Below, one piece after another: positions 29,807-40,113 of a DNA stretch of 64,000 nt. The notes beneath the pieces were generated by a model. That model had not been told where the DNA came from, made no database searches, and worked only from the letters and a program-made list of their open reading frames with translations. Within the stretch, counting starts at the first letter, position 1. Each line of letters starts with the position of its first letter. The translations under genes and the position numbers were made by a program. The stretch is from Candidatus Microgenomates bacterium. GTDB taxonomy: Bacteria; Patescibacteriota; Microgenomatia; UBA8517; JACQJR01. The stretch is taken from assembly GCA_016204995.1 (NCBI GenBank), contig JACQJR010000001.1, positions 369,132 to 433,131 on the forward strand, read 5' to 3'.

Positions 29807-30445
29807 ATGGCAAAAGCTACCACCAAACCAAAAGGGGCCACTTCTTATAAAGAAACTGCTTTTGGCATTATTCCCCATTCAAAACTTATCAAACTAGAAT
29901 TGGAAGGCATTAAAAGAGGACTGGAATATATTTATGGAATTATTCAGAGAAGAAAAGCTACTAACGTTACACCAAATTTAATCTGCAAGCTCCATCTAAT
30001 TTCCTTCGGTTGGATTTTCCCTACCTGGGCAGGAAAGTATAGAAAAATTCAAGTAACCTTTTCCGGAAAAGAAACACCATCTTATTATCAGTTACCAGAA
30101 CTCATTACAAATCTTTGCCAGGATTTAGAGGAACGATTAAAACATTTACCAGAACCCCTTAATGATGCTTTCATTATTGAAGTGGTAAAACTTTTAGCCT
30201 GGTTTCAACATCAATTTGTCTTCATTCATCCGTTTCAAGACTACAACGGCAGAACCGCCAGAATGTTAACAAGCTTCATCCTATTAAAACTTAATTTACC
30301 TCCAATTGAGCTTAAAGCAGAAACAGGTCTGGACAGAAAAAAATACCTCAAGGCTATGCAAAAAGCTGATGGGGGAAACTACTCGCTGCTTGAAACGCTT
30401 ATTAAGCGTGCTCTATCAGAATCATTAGAAAAAGTGAGGGGATAA
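29807..30445 (+). CDS. Fic/Doc family protein
   Basis: HPFQDYNGRTAR Fic motif. Confidence 0.93.
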   Translation: MAKATTKPKGATSYKETAFGIIPHSKLIKLELEGIKRGLEYIYGIIQRRKATNVTPNLICKLHLISFGWIFPTWAGKYRKIQVTFSGKETPSYYQLPELITNLCQDLEERLKHLPEPLNDAFIIEVVKLLAWFQHQFVFIHPFQDYNGRTARMLTSFILLKLNLPPIELKAETGLDRKKYLKAMQKADGGNYSLLETLIKRALSESLEKVRG

Positions 30446-30487
30446 TCTTCTTGTCATGGCGAGGAGCGAAGAGACGAAAGAATCTAA

Positions 30488-31102
30488 TTATTGAGTGAAT
30501 TTAAAGGTGGAGAGGATTTTAAATAGTTCATCTTCAATAGATTGATTTGGCCCTTCATATCTAAGGTAAAATATGAATTCATCGCCGTCCTTTTCAATCA
30601 TATTAGACATGAAGTCTTGGTGACCGTCATTAATACGGGCCATCTCATCTTCTGTGTTGTTTACCAACTTTTTATATTCTTCATCTGATATTTTGGTTAT
30701 TTTGTTAATTTTCAATTGATTATTTGATAATACTACCTTTATCTCTCCTGTAATGACATTAATACCATGGCCCCCCATGAATTTTTCTATAATTAATGTA
30801 GGCTTCTCGGGTATTCCTGCATTACTAATAACTACCATACTGCCCCCTCCTGTAGTATCCGCTAAGGAATAAGTTAAAGGATATTGAATTGAAAATTTAT
30901 ACCTTGAATTGGTATACGTTTTCCAGCTAGCAGTTTCATCTAAAGAGGTAGGAGAAGGTAAAACCGTGTTCATAGATTCGCGGGGAGTTAGAGTTATGGA
31001 TTGTTTACCCAGAAAGTATGCTCCGCCACCAATAGCTAAAATTACCACTATTATTAAAATTAGTATTGGAGTAAAACCGCCCTGTTTGGAGTTTACGACC
31101 AT
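30488..31102 (-). CDS. exported protein with pilin-like N-terminus and PsbP-like region
   Basis: QGGF + hydrophobic helix; WKTYTN...FSIQYP...ILSTFKF. Confidence 0.75.
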   Translation of the reverse strand: MVVNSKQGGFTPILILIIVVILAIGGGAYFLGKQSITLTPRESMNTVLPSPTSLDETASWKTYTNSRYKFSIQYPLTYSLADTTGGGSMVVISNAGIPEKPTLIIEKFMGGHGINVITGEIKVVLSNNQLKINKITKISDEEYKKLVNNTEDEMARINDGHQDFMSNMIEKDGDEFIFYLRYEGPNQSIEDELFKILSTFKFTQ

Positions 31103-31160
31103 ATTTAATTTTTAATCCCCCCCCAGCATGTCAATAGGCAAAAGGTGTATAATAAAATAT

Positions 31161-31376
31161 ATGCAAAAAGTTCATGCTGTTGTCTGGCAAGAAGATAGTT
31201 GGTGGGTAGCCAAAGCTCTGGAGGTAGAAGTGGCTAGTCAGGGCAAAAGCGAAAAATCAGCTCTGGCTAATTTAAAAGAAGCACTAGAGCTATATTTTGA
31301 AGATCAAACGAAAGTAGAATTAACTCCAGTTCACTCACCGAAACTTCAGGATATGGCTATTCAAACAAATGCCTAA
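31161..31376 (+). CDS. hicB: HicB-like antitoxin
   Basis: ASQGKS...ALANLKEALELY. Confidence 0.85.
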   Translation: MQKVHAVVWQEDSWWVAKALEVEVASQGKSEKSALANLKEALELYFEDQTKVELTPVHSPKLQDMAIQTNA

Positions 31377-31593
31377 ACTTTACTCTGCTAGGGAAATCAT
31401 TAAAACACTAAATAGGGCAGGTTTTACTATTGTCAGCCAAAGAGGCAGTCATATTAAATTATTTAAAAGAGAAAGGGATAAATCTTTTACTGCTATTGTG
31501 CCCAATCACAAACAAGTTGCCATCGGTACTTTTAACAGCATCTTGAAACAAGCCGGCATGACCAGAGAAGAATTTGAAAAGTGGATTAGATAA
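31369..31593 (+). CDS. hicA: HicA mRNA interferase
   Basis: GF...QRGSH...VPNH...GTFNSILKQAG. Confidence 0.9.
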   Translation: MPKLYSAREIIKTLNRAGFTIVSQRGSHIKLFKRERDKSFTAIVPNHKQVAIGTFNSILKQAGMTREEFEKWIR

Positions 31594-31596
31594 AAA

Positions 31597-31962
31597 TTAA
31601 GCCAGGGGTTTACCTTGGCGGTGAAAGACCCGGCGGCCGCGTTCTTGCAGAGCCGTAATATGCTCCAAAGAATCTTTTTGGGTGTGAACTACCACGTCAT
31701 CAGTTTGATATTGGGCAGTACTAGTCACAGAATTTTCATATTCTGATGTAGAATTTTTACCGCTTTTTAAGACATGCTCTAATAACCCCCAGGCGGACAG
31801 AGTAGAAGTTTGGGCAGATTGCGAAATAGTATGGTTAATTTTTTTGACCGTGCCTCTGACATCTTTTAAGATAAAAATGACTTGTACTCCCACAAATACC
31901 AACAGGGCTGTTAAAATTAAGACCACCGCTCCCAATAATAATTGAACGCCAGCAATTTCCAT
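31597..31962 (-). CDS. hypothetical single-TM protein
   Basis: N-terminal TM; coupled to upstream gene. Confidence 0.7.
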   Translation of the reverse strand: MEIAGVQLLLGAVVLILTALLVFVGVQVIFILKDVRGTVKKINHTISQSAQTSTLSAWGLLEHVLKSGKNSTSEYENSVTSTAQYQTDDVVVHTQKDSLEHITALQERGRRVFHRQGKPLA

Positions 31963-32555
31963 TATGGTATGGCTACTTCTTTTCTGGTAGCCTTGCCGCT
32001 TCTGGATAAAGCTTCAATAGTCAAAGTGGTGCCGGTTTGGGCGGTTAAGTTAAATTGAAAACTGCCATTATCTTCTACCAACACCACCTCGTTATTAATC
32101 ACAACGCGGCTATCAGCGTTAGTGGTGCCTTTAATTAAAACTGAATCACCTTTTCGTTCCATACCTACGGTCAATGGCGGCGGAACGGCATATACTAAAT
32201 ACTGTTTAGTCAGATAAAAAACTAACAGCCCAATAGTAAACACTGCTACTGCCGCTATGGTTAGTCGGGGAGTCCAGATAGCCCGTGGAACTACTGTCTC
32301 CACTTTTTCCTCTTCTGCAAAATCACGACGCAGAAGTGCCAAAGCCAATTCCTCGCTCACTCCTACTGCCCCGGCAATGTTTCTGACAAAGCCGCGCGCG
32401 ACAGCAAAATTTGGCACCATTTGCCACTCGCCCTTTTCAATCGCCAGAATATAACGTGGTTTAATTTTGGTGGCGAAAGACAAGCGATCAATAGACACCC
32501 GATGTTTTTTTCTGGCTTCTTGAATAATTTCTCCCAAAGTCTTCATATAGGTCAA
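31962..32555 (-). CDS. RodZ-like HTH membrane protein
   Basis: TLGEII...ATKIKPRYILAIEKG...ARGFVRN, TM, Ig-like C-terminus; follows ftsK. Confidence 0.85.
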   Translation of the reverse strand: MTYMKTLGEIIQEARKKHRVSIDRLSFATKIKPRYILAIEKGEWQMVPNFAVARGFVRNIAGAVGVSEELALALLRRDFAEEEKVETVVPRAIWTPRLTIAAVAVFTIGLLVFYLTKQYLVYAVPPPLTVGMERKGDSVLIKGTTNADSRVVINNEVVLVEDNGSFQFNLTAQTGTTLTIEALSRSGKATRKEVAIP

Positions 32556-34612
32556 TTTCCCGATAGAAATTCTTCAGCATTTTTGACTAACACTTCGCGA
32601 GGCTTAGCTCCTTCGGCCGGCCCGACCACTCCTGACCCTTCCAGTTGATCTAAAATTCTGGCGGCCCGGGCATAGCCGATAGATAATCTTCTTTGTAAGA
32701 GCGAAGCCGAAGCCCGATCGTATTGGCAAATAATGCGCACTGCCTGATCAAATAAATCATCTCGTTCTTCTACCCCGCCATCTCCCCCCACACCGCTTGT
32801 CACATATTTAGTCGGCATGGTTACCACCTCTTCCGTATATTGCGGCGTCACTCCATTACGCTTTAAGAAATCAATCACCCGATTAATCTCCGCATCTGAC
32901 ACGAATGACCCTTGAATCCGAGTGGGTTTGGCTTGCTCCGGAGGAATAAACAACATATCGCCCCGACCCAATAATTTCTCGGCCCCAGGCACATCTAAAA
33001 TCACCCGCGAATCAACTTGAGACGCTACGGCAAAAGCGGCTCGGGCCGGGATGTTGGCTTTAATTAAACCAGTAATAATATCAACTGATGGCCTTTGAGT
33101 AGCAATCAACATGTGAATGCCGGTCGCGCGGGACATTTGGGCAATTCTGGTGACTGTTTCCTCCACTTCGGCTGGGGCAAATAACATAATATCCGCTAGC
33201 TCGTCAATGAACAAAACTATGTAAGGCAAGGCTTGAAAGCCGGACAATTCGTTAAAACTTTCAATGTTGCGGGCCCCTACCTGGGCAAACAGTTTATAGC
33301 GGCGGTCCATTTCCGCCATGGTCCATTTTAAGGCAGACAAAACTTTTTCCGGTTCCACAATCACTGGACTTAATAAATGGGGAATGCCGTTGTAGCCGGT
33401 CAATTCCACCCGTTTAGGATCCACCATAATAAATTTCACTTCATCCGGCGAAGCCCTAAATAGAATTGAACAGATAAAAGAGTTAATGGCGACAGACTTG
33501 CCGCTGCCGGTTTGGCCGGCAATTAACATGTGGGGCATCCTAGCTAGATCTGTCACAATCGGATTACCGGAAACATCCAAGCCCATAGACAACCCTAATT
33601 TGGATTTGAGATTACGCATATTTTCTGCTTCTAAAATTCGTTTTAAACCCACAAATTCCGGACTTCTATTGGGCAATTCTATGCCGATTAGGGAACGGCC
33701 GGGGATAGGCGCTTCAATTCTGATTTGTCCGGTAGGAGCAGCCAAAGCTAGGGCTAAATCCCGATCCAGAGCGGTAATGCGAGACAGCTTGGTTCCCAGT
33801 CCTACTTCCAAAGCATATTGAGTAACTGTCGGGCCTAAATTAACTTCTACTACTCTGGCAGTAATACCAAAAGATTCCAGAGTCCGTTCAATAATAGAAG
33901 CATGCTGTTTAATATCGCCCCGCTCGGCTTTGCCGCCGACGCTGTCAGATAAAAGCGATAAGGGCGGATATTGCCAGACCCGGGCTTGACCGGGGACATT
34001 ACTGACTAAAGTTTGAGAAAGGGGTTGCTCTTTATTATTTTTGACCGGCGAAGACGGTTTATTCTGCTCGGCTCCGGAAACCCGCAAATTAGAACGCGTT
34101 GCCAGCTGCGGTCTCTTACCAAATAAAATCCCCTTCAAAAAATTAAAGGCAGATAAAATTCCGCCAATAATCTGATCGGTAGAGGTGTTGAAAAAGACCA
34201 AGATACCAACGATGGCACCGGCTAAAAATAGTAAAAAGGCGCCGGGGGCGGTAATTAATGAAGTAACGCCGGCAAAAGCATTTTGTCCGGCCAGGCCTGC
34301 TTGGGTCAAACTGATCGCACAGACAAAAAAAAGTAAAAATCCCACAAAAACATTAGGCGAGTTTAGAGGAGTTTTAAAACGGGAGAATAAAAAACCAGTA
34401 ACGATCAATAAAAATGGCAATAAGAATGTGGCCCAACCCACCATTTGGAAAAGCAAATCATTTAAAAGGGCCAGCCACATCCCCTGGCGGGAAAAGGAGA
34501 CAATTACTAAAACCGCCAAAATTAAAAAGGTAATTTGGGCGATAGAATAAACAGTCTGCTTCTTAATGCGGAGTTTAAAGGCTCGGACAGTCAACTTCCT
34601 TCTTCTGGACAT
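32552..34612 (-). CDS. ftsK: DNA translocase FtsK
   Basis: PHMLIAGQTGSGKS, ATQRPS, GAEKLLGRGDML, gamma domain SLLQRRLSIGYARAAR. Confidence 0.97.
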   Translation of the reverse strand: MSRRRKLTVRAFKLRIKKQTVYSIAQITFLILAVLVIVSFSRQGMWLALLNDLLFQMVGWATFLLPFLLIVTGFLFSRFKTPLNSPNVFVGFLLFFVCAISLTQAGLAGQNAFAGVTSLITAPGAFLLFLAGAIVGILVFFNTSTDQIIGGILSAFNFLKGILFGKRPQLATRSNLRVSGAEQNKPSSPVKNNKEQPLSQTLVSNVPGQARVWQYPPLSLLSDSVGGKAERGDIKQHASIIERTLESFGITARVVEVNLGPTVTQYALEVGLGTKLSRITALDRDLALALAAPTGQIRIEAPIPGRSLIGIELPNRSPEFVGLKRILEAENMRNLKSKLGLSMGLDVSGNPIVTDLARMPHMLIAGQTGSGKSVAINSFICSILFRASPDEVKFIMVDPKRVELTGYNGIPHLLSPVIVEPEKVLSALKWTMAEMDRRYKLFAQVGARNIESFNELSGFQALPYIVLFIDELADIMLFAPAEVEETVTRIAQMSRATGIHMLIATQRPSVDIITGLIKANIPARAAFAVASQVDSRVILDVPGAEKLLGRGDMLFIPPEQAKPTRIQGSFVSDAEINRVIDFLKRNGVTPQYTEEVVTMPTKYVTSGVGGDGGVEERDDLFDQAVRIICQYDRASASLLQRRLSIGYARAARILDQLEGSGVVGPAEGAKPREVLVKNAEEFLSGN

Positions 34613-34690
34613 TAAGCCTATTATAGCATCACTATACGAAGTTGCAATTCAAAATCTTGACAAGAAAACTATGGGTAGTAAACTACAAAT

Positions 34691-35023
34691 ATGCCACAAA
34701 TAGAATCACCATTGCCTCATCTACCAGTAGAAATAATTACTATTGGCAAACGCCATGATGAAACGGAAATTCACCCTTGTATGCTTTGCAAAACTCCCAC
34801 TCAAAAAGTCTATTTATCTCACGAGATGTGGACAAATTATAAAGCAATTAGAGCCGAGGAAATGCCGGCTTACAGGTGCGATGACTGCGGTGGACTGGAA
34901 ACTTTTAACACTGAAGGTGTAATTGAATTTCTTACTCAAGCTATTGGTTTAATTAATCCCACTAAAGACCCGATAATACACGAACTTCTCCGTCAAGAGC
35001 TAACTGCTGCTCTTATAGCGTAA
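34691..35023 (+). CDS. YgiT/MqsA-type Zn-ribbon-like protein
   Basis: CMLC...PAYRCDDCG; own TTGACA-N16-TAAACT promoter. Confidence 0.65.
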   Translation: MPQIESPLPHLPVEIITIGKRHDETEIHPCMLCKTPTQKVYLSHEMWTNYKAIRAEEMPAYRCDDCGGLETFNTEGVIEFLTQAIGLINPTKDPIIHELLRQELTAALIA

Positions 35024-35080
35024 AAAACAAAGTCTGAAATACTTAGGTCGCGAAGCTATCTAACCTGGAAGGTTAAGAAT

Positions 35081-36730
35081 CTAGACTTCTACTACTACCG
35101 GAATGACAATGGGGCGACGGGAGGTTTCTTCCCATAAAAACGGCTCGGTCATAGCCACAATTTGCTCGCGGACAAAATGAACGTCTTTTAATTTCATCTT
35201 TTGCAAGCGTTGGAAAATCAAATTTTTTAATTTATTGTTAATTGCTTCTTCTGATTTGCCAAACAGGAAACCGCGGGTAATCATATCAATATTTATTAAT
35301 TGGCCACTGGCTGCTTCCCATTGAGCAATCACTGCCACAATTCCTTCCTGGGCTAAAGTTTTGCGGTCGCGCAAAATAACCGGCCCCACTTCACCTATCC
35401 CCATACTATCCACAAAAACTTCCCGCACCGGCACCTTACCAGCCACTTTCACCTGATGCTTGTCTATTACAATAGCATTATCCGCCTCTGGCAAAATTAT
35501 TTGCTCTTTTCTATATTTCATCTCATTTGCCAATAGGCGGAATCTGTGCATATGGCGTAAAGTTCCGCCAATTGGGATAAGAGCGCGAGGACGAGTTAAG
35601 GCAATTAACAAAGCAATTTCTGAATGACTGGCATGACCAGACACATGCAAATCATCGGCAATTTCCGCATAGGTAACTGACACGCCGCTGGCGGTTAATA
35701 AATCAATTAAGGCATGAATGGCTAGCTCATTGCCGGGAATATAATCGGTGGAAAAAAGCACGTGGTCGCCGCTGGTCAGTTTAATATGAGGATTTAACCC
35801 TTGAGCAATTTTATCTAAAGATGAACCCATCTGGCCTTGAGCCCCGGCCACAATCAAAGTTAATTTTTGCCTCGGAATTTTATGTAATTGTCGTGGGTCA
35901 ACCAAAGTACCAGAAGGAATTCGCAAATATCCTAGTCTTTGGGCCACCCGGGTAGTTTGCTCAAATGATCTTCCCACAAAGCCGACTTTACGGCCGTTTC
36001 TGACCGAAGCATCAATCGCCTGCTGCACCCGGGAAATATTGGAAGACATAGTGGTCATGATAAAACGGCCCTGAACGTGTCTAATCTCCCGATCAAACAT
36101 ATCATCCAGCGTACTTTCCGACGGAGTTACTCCTTCGTTTTCAATTCTCAAGCAATCTGAAAAAAGCAAATCCACTCCGGCATCGCCGGCCCGGGCAATG
36201 GCTGCCACATCGGAAATTTTGCCGTCAATCGGCGTCCAGTCAAATTTAAAATCACTGCCATGATAGACATTGCCGTAAGGAGTCCGGATAAAATAATGCC
36301 TGGAATCTGGAATAGAATGAGTAATGGGAATAGCCGTAATTTGAAAAGCTCCCAAAGTTAGCTGTTTATCAATCTCACGAAAATTAGCCCCGACGGCAAA
36401 TTCTTTTAGTTTCTCGCTAGCCAGCCCTAAAGTTAATTTACTGCCGTAAATAGGAATTTGTGAACCGCCTTGCAGTTTAGGTAAAACATAAGGCAGGGCG
36501 CCAATGTGATCTTCGTGACCATGGGTTAAAACTATTCCCTTAATTCTTTTTTCCTTGCCCCGTAAAACCGAAATATCAGGAATTACTAAATCTACCCCAA
36601 ACATTTCTTCCTGGGGAAAACCAAAGCCGCAATCTACAATTAAAATATCTCCCTCCGGCGCAATCTCATAAACGAACATGTTGGTCGTCACCCGACCAAA
36701 ACCGCCCAAATTATAGATTTTTAACATCAT
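35081..36730 (-). CDS. rnj: ribonuclease J
   Basis: THGHEDHIG, HSIPD, GSDFKFD, HVSGH. Confidence 0.96.
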   Translation of the reverse strand: MMLKIYNLGGFGRVTTNMFVYEIAPEGDILIVDCGFGFPQEEMFGVDLVIPDISVLRGKEKRIKGIVLTHGHEDHIGALPYVLPKLQGGSQIPIYGSKLTLGLASEKLKEFAVGANFREIDKQLTLGAFQITAIPITHSIPDSRHYFIRTPYGNVYHGSDFKFDWTPIDGKISDVAAIARAGDAGVDLLFSDCLRIENEGVTPSESTLDDMFDREIRHVQGRFIMTTMSSNISRVQQAIDASVRNGRKVGFVGRSFEQTTRVAQRLGYLRIPSGTLVDPRQLHKIPRQKLTLIVAGAQGQMGSSLDKIAQGLNPHIKLTSGDHVLFSTDYIPGNELAIHALIDLLTASGVSVTYAEIADDLHVSGHASHSEIALLIALTRPRALIPIGGTLRHMHRFRLLANEMKYRKEQIILPEADNAIVIDKHQVKVAGKVPVREVFVDSMGIGEVGPVILRDRKTLAQEGIVAVIAQWEAASGQLINIDMITRGFLFGKSEEAINNKLKNLIFQRLQKMKLKDVHFVREQIVAMTEPFLWEETSRRPIVIPVVVEV

Positions 36731-37797
36731 GCTGGCAGATACTCCTTAATGTTACTTTCCGTAAGTTGCACTTGACTAGTTTTTCCCTCTACTATCAGTT
36801 TAGCTACTTTTCGCACAATTGCCTCAATGGTTCTTTCTAAAGTTCTCATCCCTGCATCATAACCTAATGGTCGCACAATTATCGGCCAGACGGAATCGGC
36901 AATTTGGACAGCTTGGGAATTAAGACCGGCTTCTGTTAAAGTCCGAGGCAATAAAAATTTACTGCCAATCACGATTTTTTCGCTATCGGTATAAGAGGGC
37001 ATGGGAATTACTTCCAACCGATCAAGGACGGCTGTCGCGATATTATTAGTATTATTGGCTGTCGCAATAAATAGAGCTTCTGATAAATCAAATGGGTAAT
37101 CAAGATAGCTATCAAAAAAAGCCACGTTTTGCTCCGGATCTAAAATTTCAACTAGTGCCCCCATAATAGAAGCCCGTGAGGTTTGTTCCACCCGATCAAT
37201 CTCGTCCAACAGTATCACCGGATTTTTGGCACCACTCCGAATTAAAGCTTTCATAATTTGGCCTGGTTCTGCTACCATGTCAAAACGAGGCCGACCCCGT
37301 AGCATCGCCACCTCTCCTAAACCGCCAAAGGGAATTCTGACAAAATTTCTACCTAAGGCCTGGCTAATTGATTTGGCAATCGTGGTTTTACCAGTACCGA
37401 CTAAACCGACGAAACATAAAATCGGCGCCCGCAGGGAATGATTACCTGCCTGCGCAGGCTTGTCTGCGCCAGCAGGCAGGTCTCCTTTTTCTTTTTTCAA
37501 TTTCATCACGGCCATATATTCCAAGACGCGTTCTTTCAAATCGTTTAGACCATAATGATTACTATCTAAAATTTGTTTAGCGTGGGTTAAATCCAGGGTG
37601 TCTGGCGTTCTTTTCTCCCAGGGTAAAGTTGTAACTACATCAATATATTCATCAAGTCTTTCGCGTTCAGTAAAAGGCATTTCGGAAGAGCTAAAGCGGG
37701 AGAGGTAATTATTAATCAGGTCAGCTAAATCACCCGGCAAAGAAGCTTGTTTAACTTTCTCGGAAAGCTTAGTTAATTCATCCGTTGGGACAGGCAT
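36727..37797 (-). CDS. Lon-like AAA+ ATPase lacking the protease domain
   Basis: HYGL, PILCFVGLVGTGKT, NPVILLDEID, ILDPEQN, LDRLEVI; ends before the Ser-Lys domain. Confidence 0.88.
   Translation of the reverse strand: MPVPTDELTKLSEKVKQASLPGDLADLINNYLSRFSSSEMPFTERERLDEYIDVVTTLPWEKRTPDTLDLTHAKQILDSNHYGLNDLKERVLEYMAVMKLKKEKGDLPAGADKPAQAGNHSLRAPILCFVGLVGTGKTTIAKSISQALGRNFVRIPFGGLGEVAMLRGRPRFDMVAEPGQIMKALIRSGAKNPVILLDEIDRVEQTSRASIMGALVEILDPEQNVAFFDSYLDYPFDLSEALFIATANNTNNIATAVLDRLEVIPMPSYTDSEKIVIGSKFLLPRTLTEAGLNSQAVQIADSVWPIIVRPLGYDAGMRTLERTIEAIVRKVAKLIVEGKTSQVQLTESNIKEYLPA
37445..37480. repeat. 36-bp palindromic intragenic insert, copy 1 (LPAGADKPAQAG)
   Basis: cctgcctgcgcaggcttgtctgcgccagcaggcagg, identical to 43062-43097. 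Confidence 0.9.
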
Positions 37798-37806
37798 ACA
37801 ACTTAA

Positions 37807-40113
37807 TTATCTCTCATCTCGTCGTGATCTGAAAGGTCGCACTCCACGTCTTTCCGGCATAAAACGCGAAATAGGAAAATGCGGCGCCCGGCTCATTCCT
37901 CCCGGACGGCGGCCGAAATTACGCGGCCCGCGACTGTCGTTCCGATCAGATCTGACTGGACCACCACGATCCCTCCGATCATCAGTTTTCGCGCCTTCAC
38001 CATTTCTCATGGTTAAATTAATTCTACCCAACTCATCAATTTCCTTAACTTTGACAGTAACTTTTTGACCAATAGAAACTACTTCGTTGGGATCATTGAC
38101 AAATGAATCGGACAAATCAGAAATGTGGACTAAACCGTCTTTACCTGGCAAAATCTCCACAAAGGCCCCGAATGGCTGAATCCGTTTCACTTCCCCTTCG
38201 TAAACCTCCCCCGGCTGAACTTTTTTGGTTAAACCCTCTATCACGCTTCTGGCTTTCAGGACTGATTCATCACTTACGCCGCTGATATTAACTGTGCCGT
38301 CATCTTCCACCTCAATTTGAGCCCCGCTATCGGCCATAATCTTGCGGATCATCCGACCGCCCGGACCAATCACTTCGCCAATTAATTCGGTAGGAATATG
38401 CAGCATCACAATCCGGGGAGCGTATTCCGACAGCTTCTCCCGCGGCGCAGCTAAATGCTCGGTAATTTTAGCTAAAATATGCATTCTGCCTACTTTGGCC
38501 TTCTCCAAAGCTTGTTCCAAAATAGCCACTGTCAACTCTAACGTTTTGACATCTAATTGAATAGCGGTAATACCTTCACTCGTGCCTGCTACCTTAAAAT
38601 CCATATCGCCCGAGCCATCTTCAATACCGGCAATATCAGATAAAACTACAAAGTTGTCTTTATCTATTACCAAACCCATGGCAATACCGGCTACTGGCCG
38701 GGAAATTGGCACGCCGGCATCCATTAAGGCTAGCGTGGAACCGCAAGTAGAAGCCATAGAAGTGGAACCGTTGGAAGATAAAATTTCTGACACCACGTGA
38801 ATTGCATAGGGAAACTTTTCTTCACTAGGCAAAACTGGCATGAGAGCTCTTTCTGCCAAGGCTCCATGGCCGATTTCGCGGCGGTTAGGACTGCCAATCC
38901 GACCAGTTTCGCCAGTGGCATAAGGCGGCATGGAATAATAATGCATATAGCGCTTGGTTTCTTCGCCTTCGGCCGACTCTATCTTTTGTTCTAAACTAGG
39001 AGCACCTAGCGTTGCTACTGACAAAGCTTGAGTTTGGCCACGGGTAAAAATGGCTGAACCATGAGTGCGGGGCAAAATACCAGTTTGAACGGTAATTTGA
39101 CGAATTTCTTCTGGTTTACGACCATCTGGCCGAATACCTTTCAAAAGTTTATCTCTTAATCTTTTACGAACAATTTCTTCAAAAACGAAGGAGGCTTGTT
39201 GATCAGTGATGTGGAAATCTTCTTTAATGGCAGCCTTGATGGCAGCTGCTTCTTGCTCACTGGTACGGTTGGTAGCCCGGCCAATGGCCCATTCTTCAAT
39301 CTGATCACCATATTTTTTATCAATTTCGGCACTTTCTTTAATCTTGGCTGAAGAGGTTGGTAATTGTTTAGCTCCTACTTTTTGGACAAATTCGTTAATT
39401 CCGGTTTGTATAACTTTAATTTCGCGTTGTGCAGCAGTGATGGCTCCAATGATCTTTTCCTCGCTGATCTCACGAGAGCCTGCTTCTAACATTAAAATTG
39501 ATTCATCATGTCCAGTCACCACTAAATCAAGGTCGGAAAATTTCAATTCTGACTCTAAAGGATTAATAATAAAATCACCATTGATGGCGCCTACTCTAAC
39601 TACCCCGACTGGCCCCTTCCAAGGGGTACCAGCTAAAGCTAGAGCTGCTGAAGCTGCTACCGCTGATAAAACTGCCGGATCATTTTCCGCGTCAACCGAC
39701 AGGGTAGTTAAAACTACTTGGACTTCATCACGATAATCTTTAGGAAAGAGGGGACGAAGAGAGCGATCAATTAAACGACCGGACAGAATTGCCTCGTCAC
39801 TTGGCCTACCTTCTCGTTTGACCCATTGGCTACCTTTGATCCGGCCACCGGCGTAAAGTCTTTCCACATAATCAACCGTCATCGGCATATAACCAGGATC
39901 ATTAAGTAATGGTTTAACCACCACGGTCGCCAAAACTATTAAATCGCCATAGCGAGCCATGACCGCGCCGCTGGCAAAGCCGGCAATATCACCAGTTGAG
40001 AAAATTAATTTTCTGCCTGCGACTTCAAATTCGTGGGTAATCTTCTCACGAGTCATTTTTACTTGAGTAACTTTTTTTTGAGTTTCTTTTTTCATTCTTT
40101 CTTTGTCTAACAT
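37807..40113 (-). CDS. pnp: polyribonucleotide nucleotidyltransferase
   Basis: RLIDRSLRPLF, RREIGHG, SNGSTSMAS, DMDFKVAG, KH and S1 domains. Confidence 0.98.
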   Translation of the reverse strand: MLDKERMKKETQKKVTQVKMTREKITHEFEVAGRKLIFSTGDIAGFASGAVMARYGDLIVLATVVVKPLLNDPGYMPMTVDYVERLYAGGRIKGSQWVKREGRPSDEAILSGRLIDRSLRPLFPKDYRDEVQVVLTTLSVDAENDPAVLSAVAASAALALAGTPWKGPVGVVRVGAINGDFIINPLESELKFSDLDLVVTGHDESILMLEAGSREISEEKIIGAITAAQREIKVIQTGINEFVQKVGAKQLPTSSAKIKESAEIDKKYGDQIEEWAIGRATNRTSEQEAAAIKAAIKEDFHITDQQASFVFEEIVRKRLRDKLLKGIRPDGRKPEEIRQITVQTGILPRTHGSAIFTRGQTQALSVATLGAPSLEQKIESAEGEETKRYMHYYSMPPYATGETGRIGSPNRREIGHGALAERALMPVLPSEEKFPYAIHVVSEILSSNGSTSMASTCGSTLALMDAGVPISRPVAGIAMGLVIDKDNFVVLSDIAGIEDGSGDMDFKVAGTSEGITAIQLDVKTLELTVAILEQALEKAKVGRMHILAKITEHLAAPREKLSEYAPRIVMLHIPTELIGEVIGPGGRMIRKIMADSGAQIEVEDDGTVNISGVSDESVLKARSVIEGLTKKVQPGEVYEGEVKRIQPFGAFVEILPGKDGLVHISDLSDSFVNDPNEVVSIGQKVTVKVKEIDELGRINLTMRNGEGAKTDDRRDRGGPVRSDRNDSRGPRNFGRRPGGMSRAPHFPISRFMPERRGVRPFRSRRDER

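Noticed and set aside
29560-29841. 93-aa minus-strand ORF
   Set aside because: It is antisense to the better-supported Fic antitoxin and the fic start.
921-36730. Alternative genetic code (TGA=Gly) as in some CPR lineages
   Set aside because: rplN, rpoC and ftsK end at TGA at the expected lengths and no core gene is interrupted by TGA.
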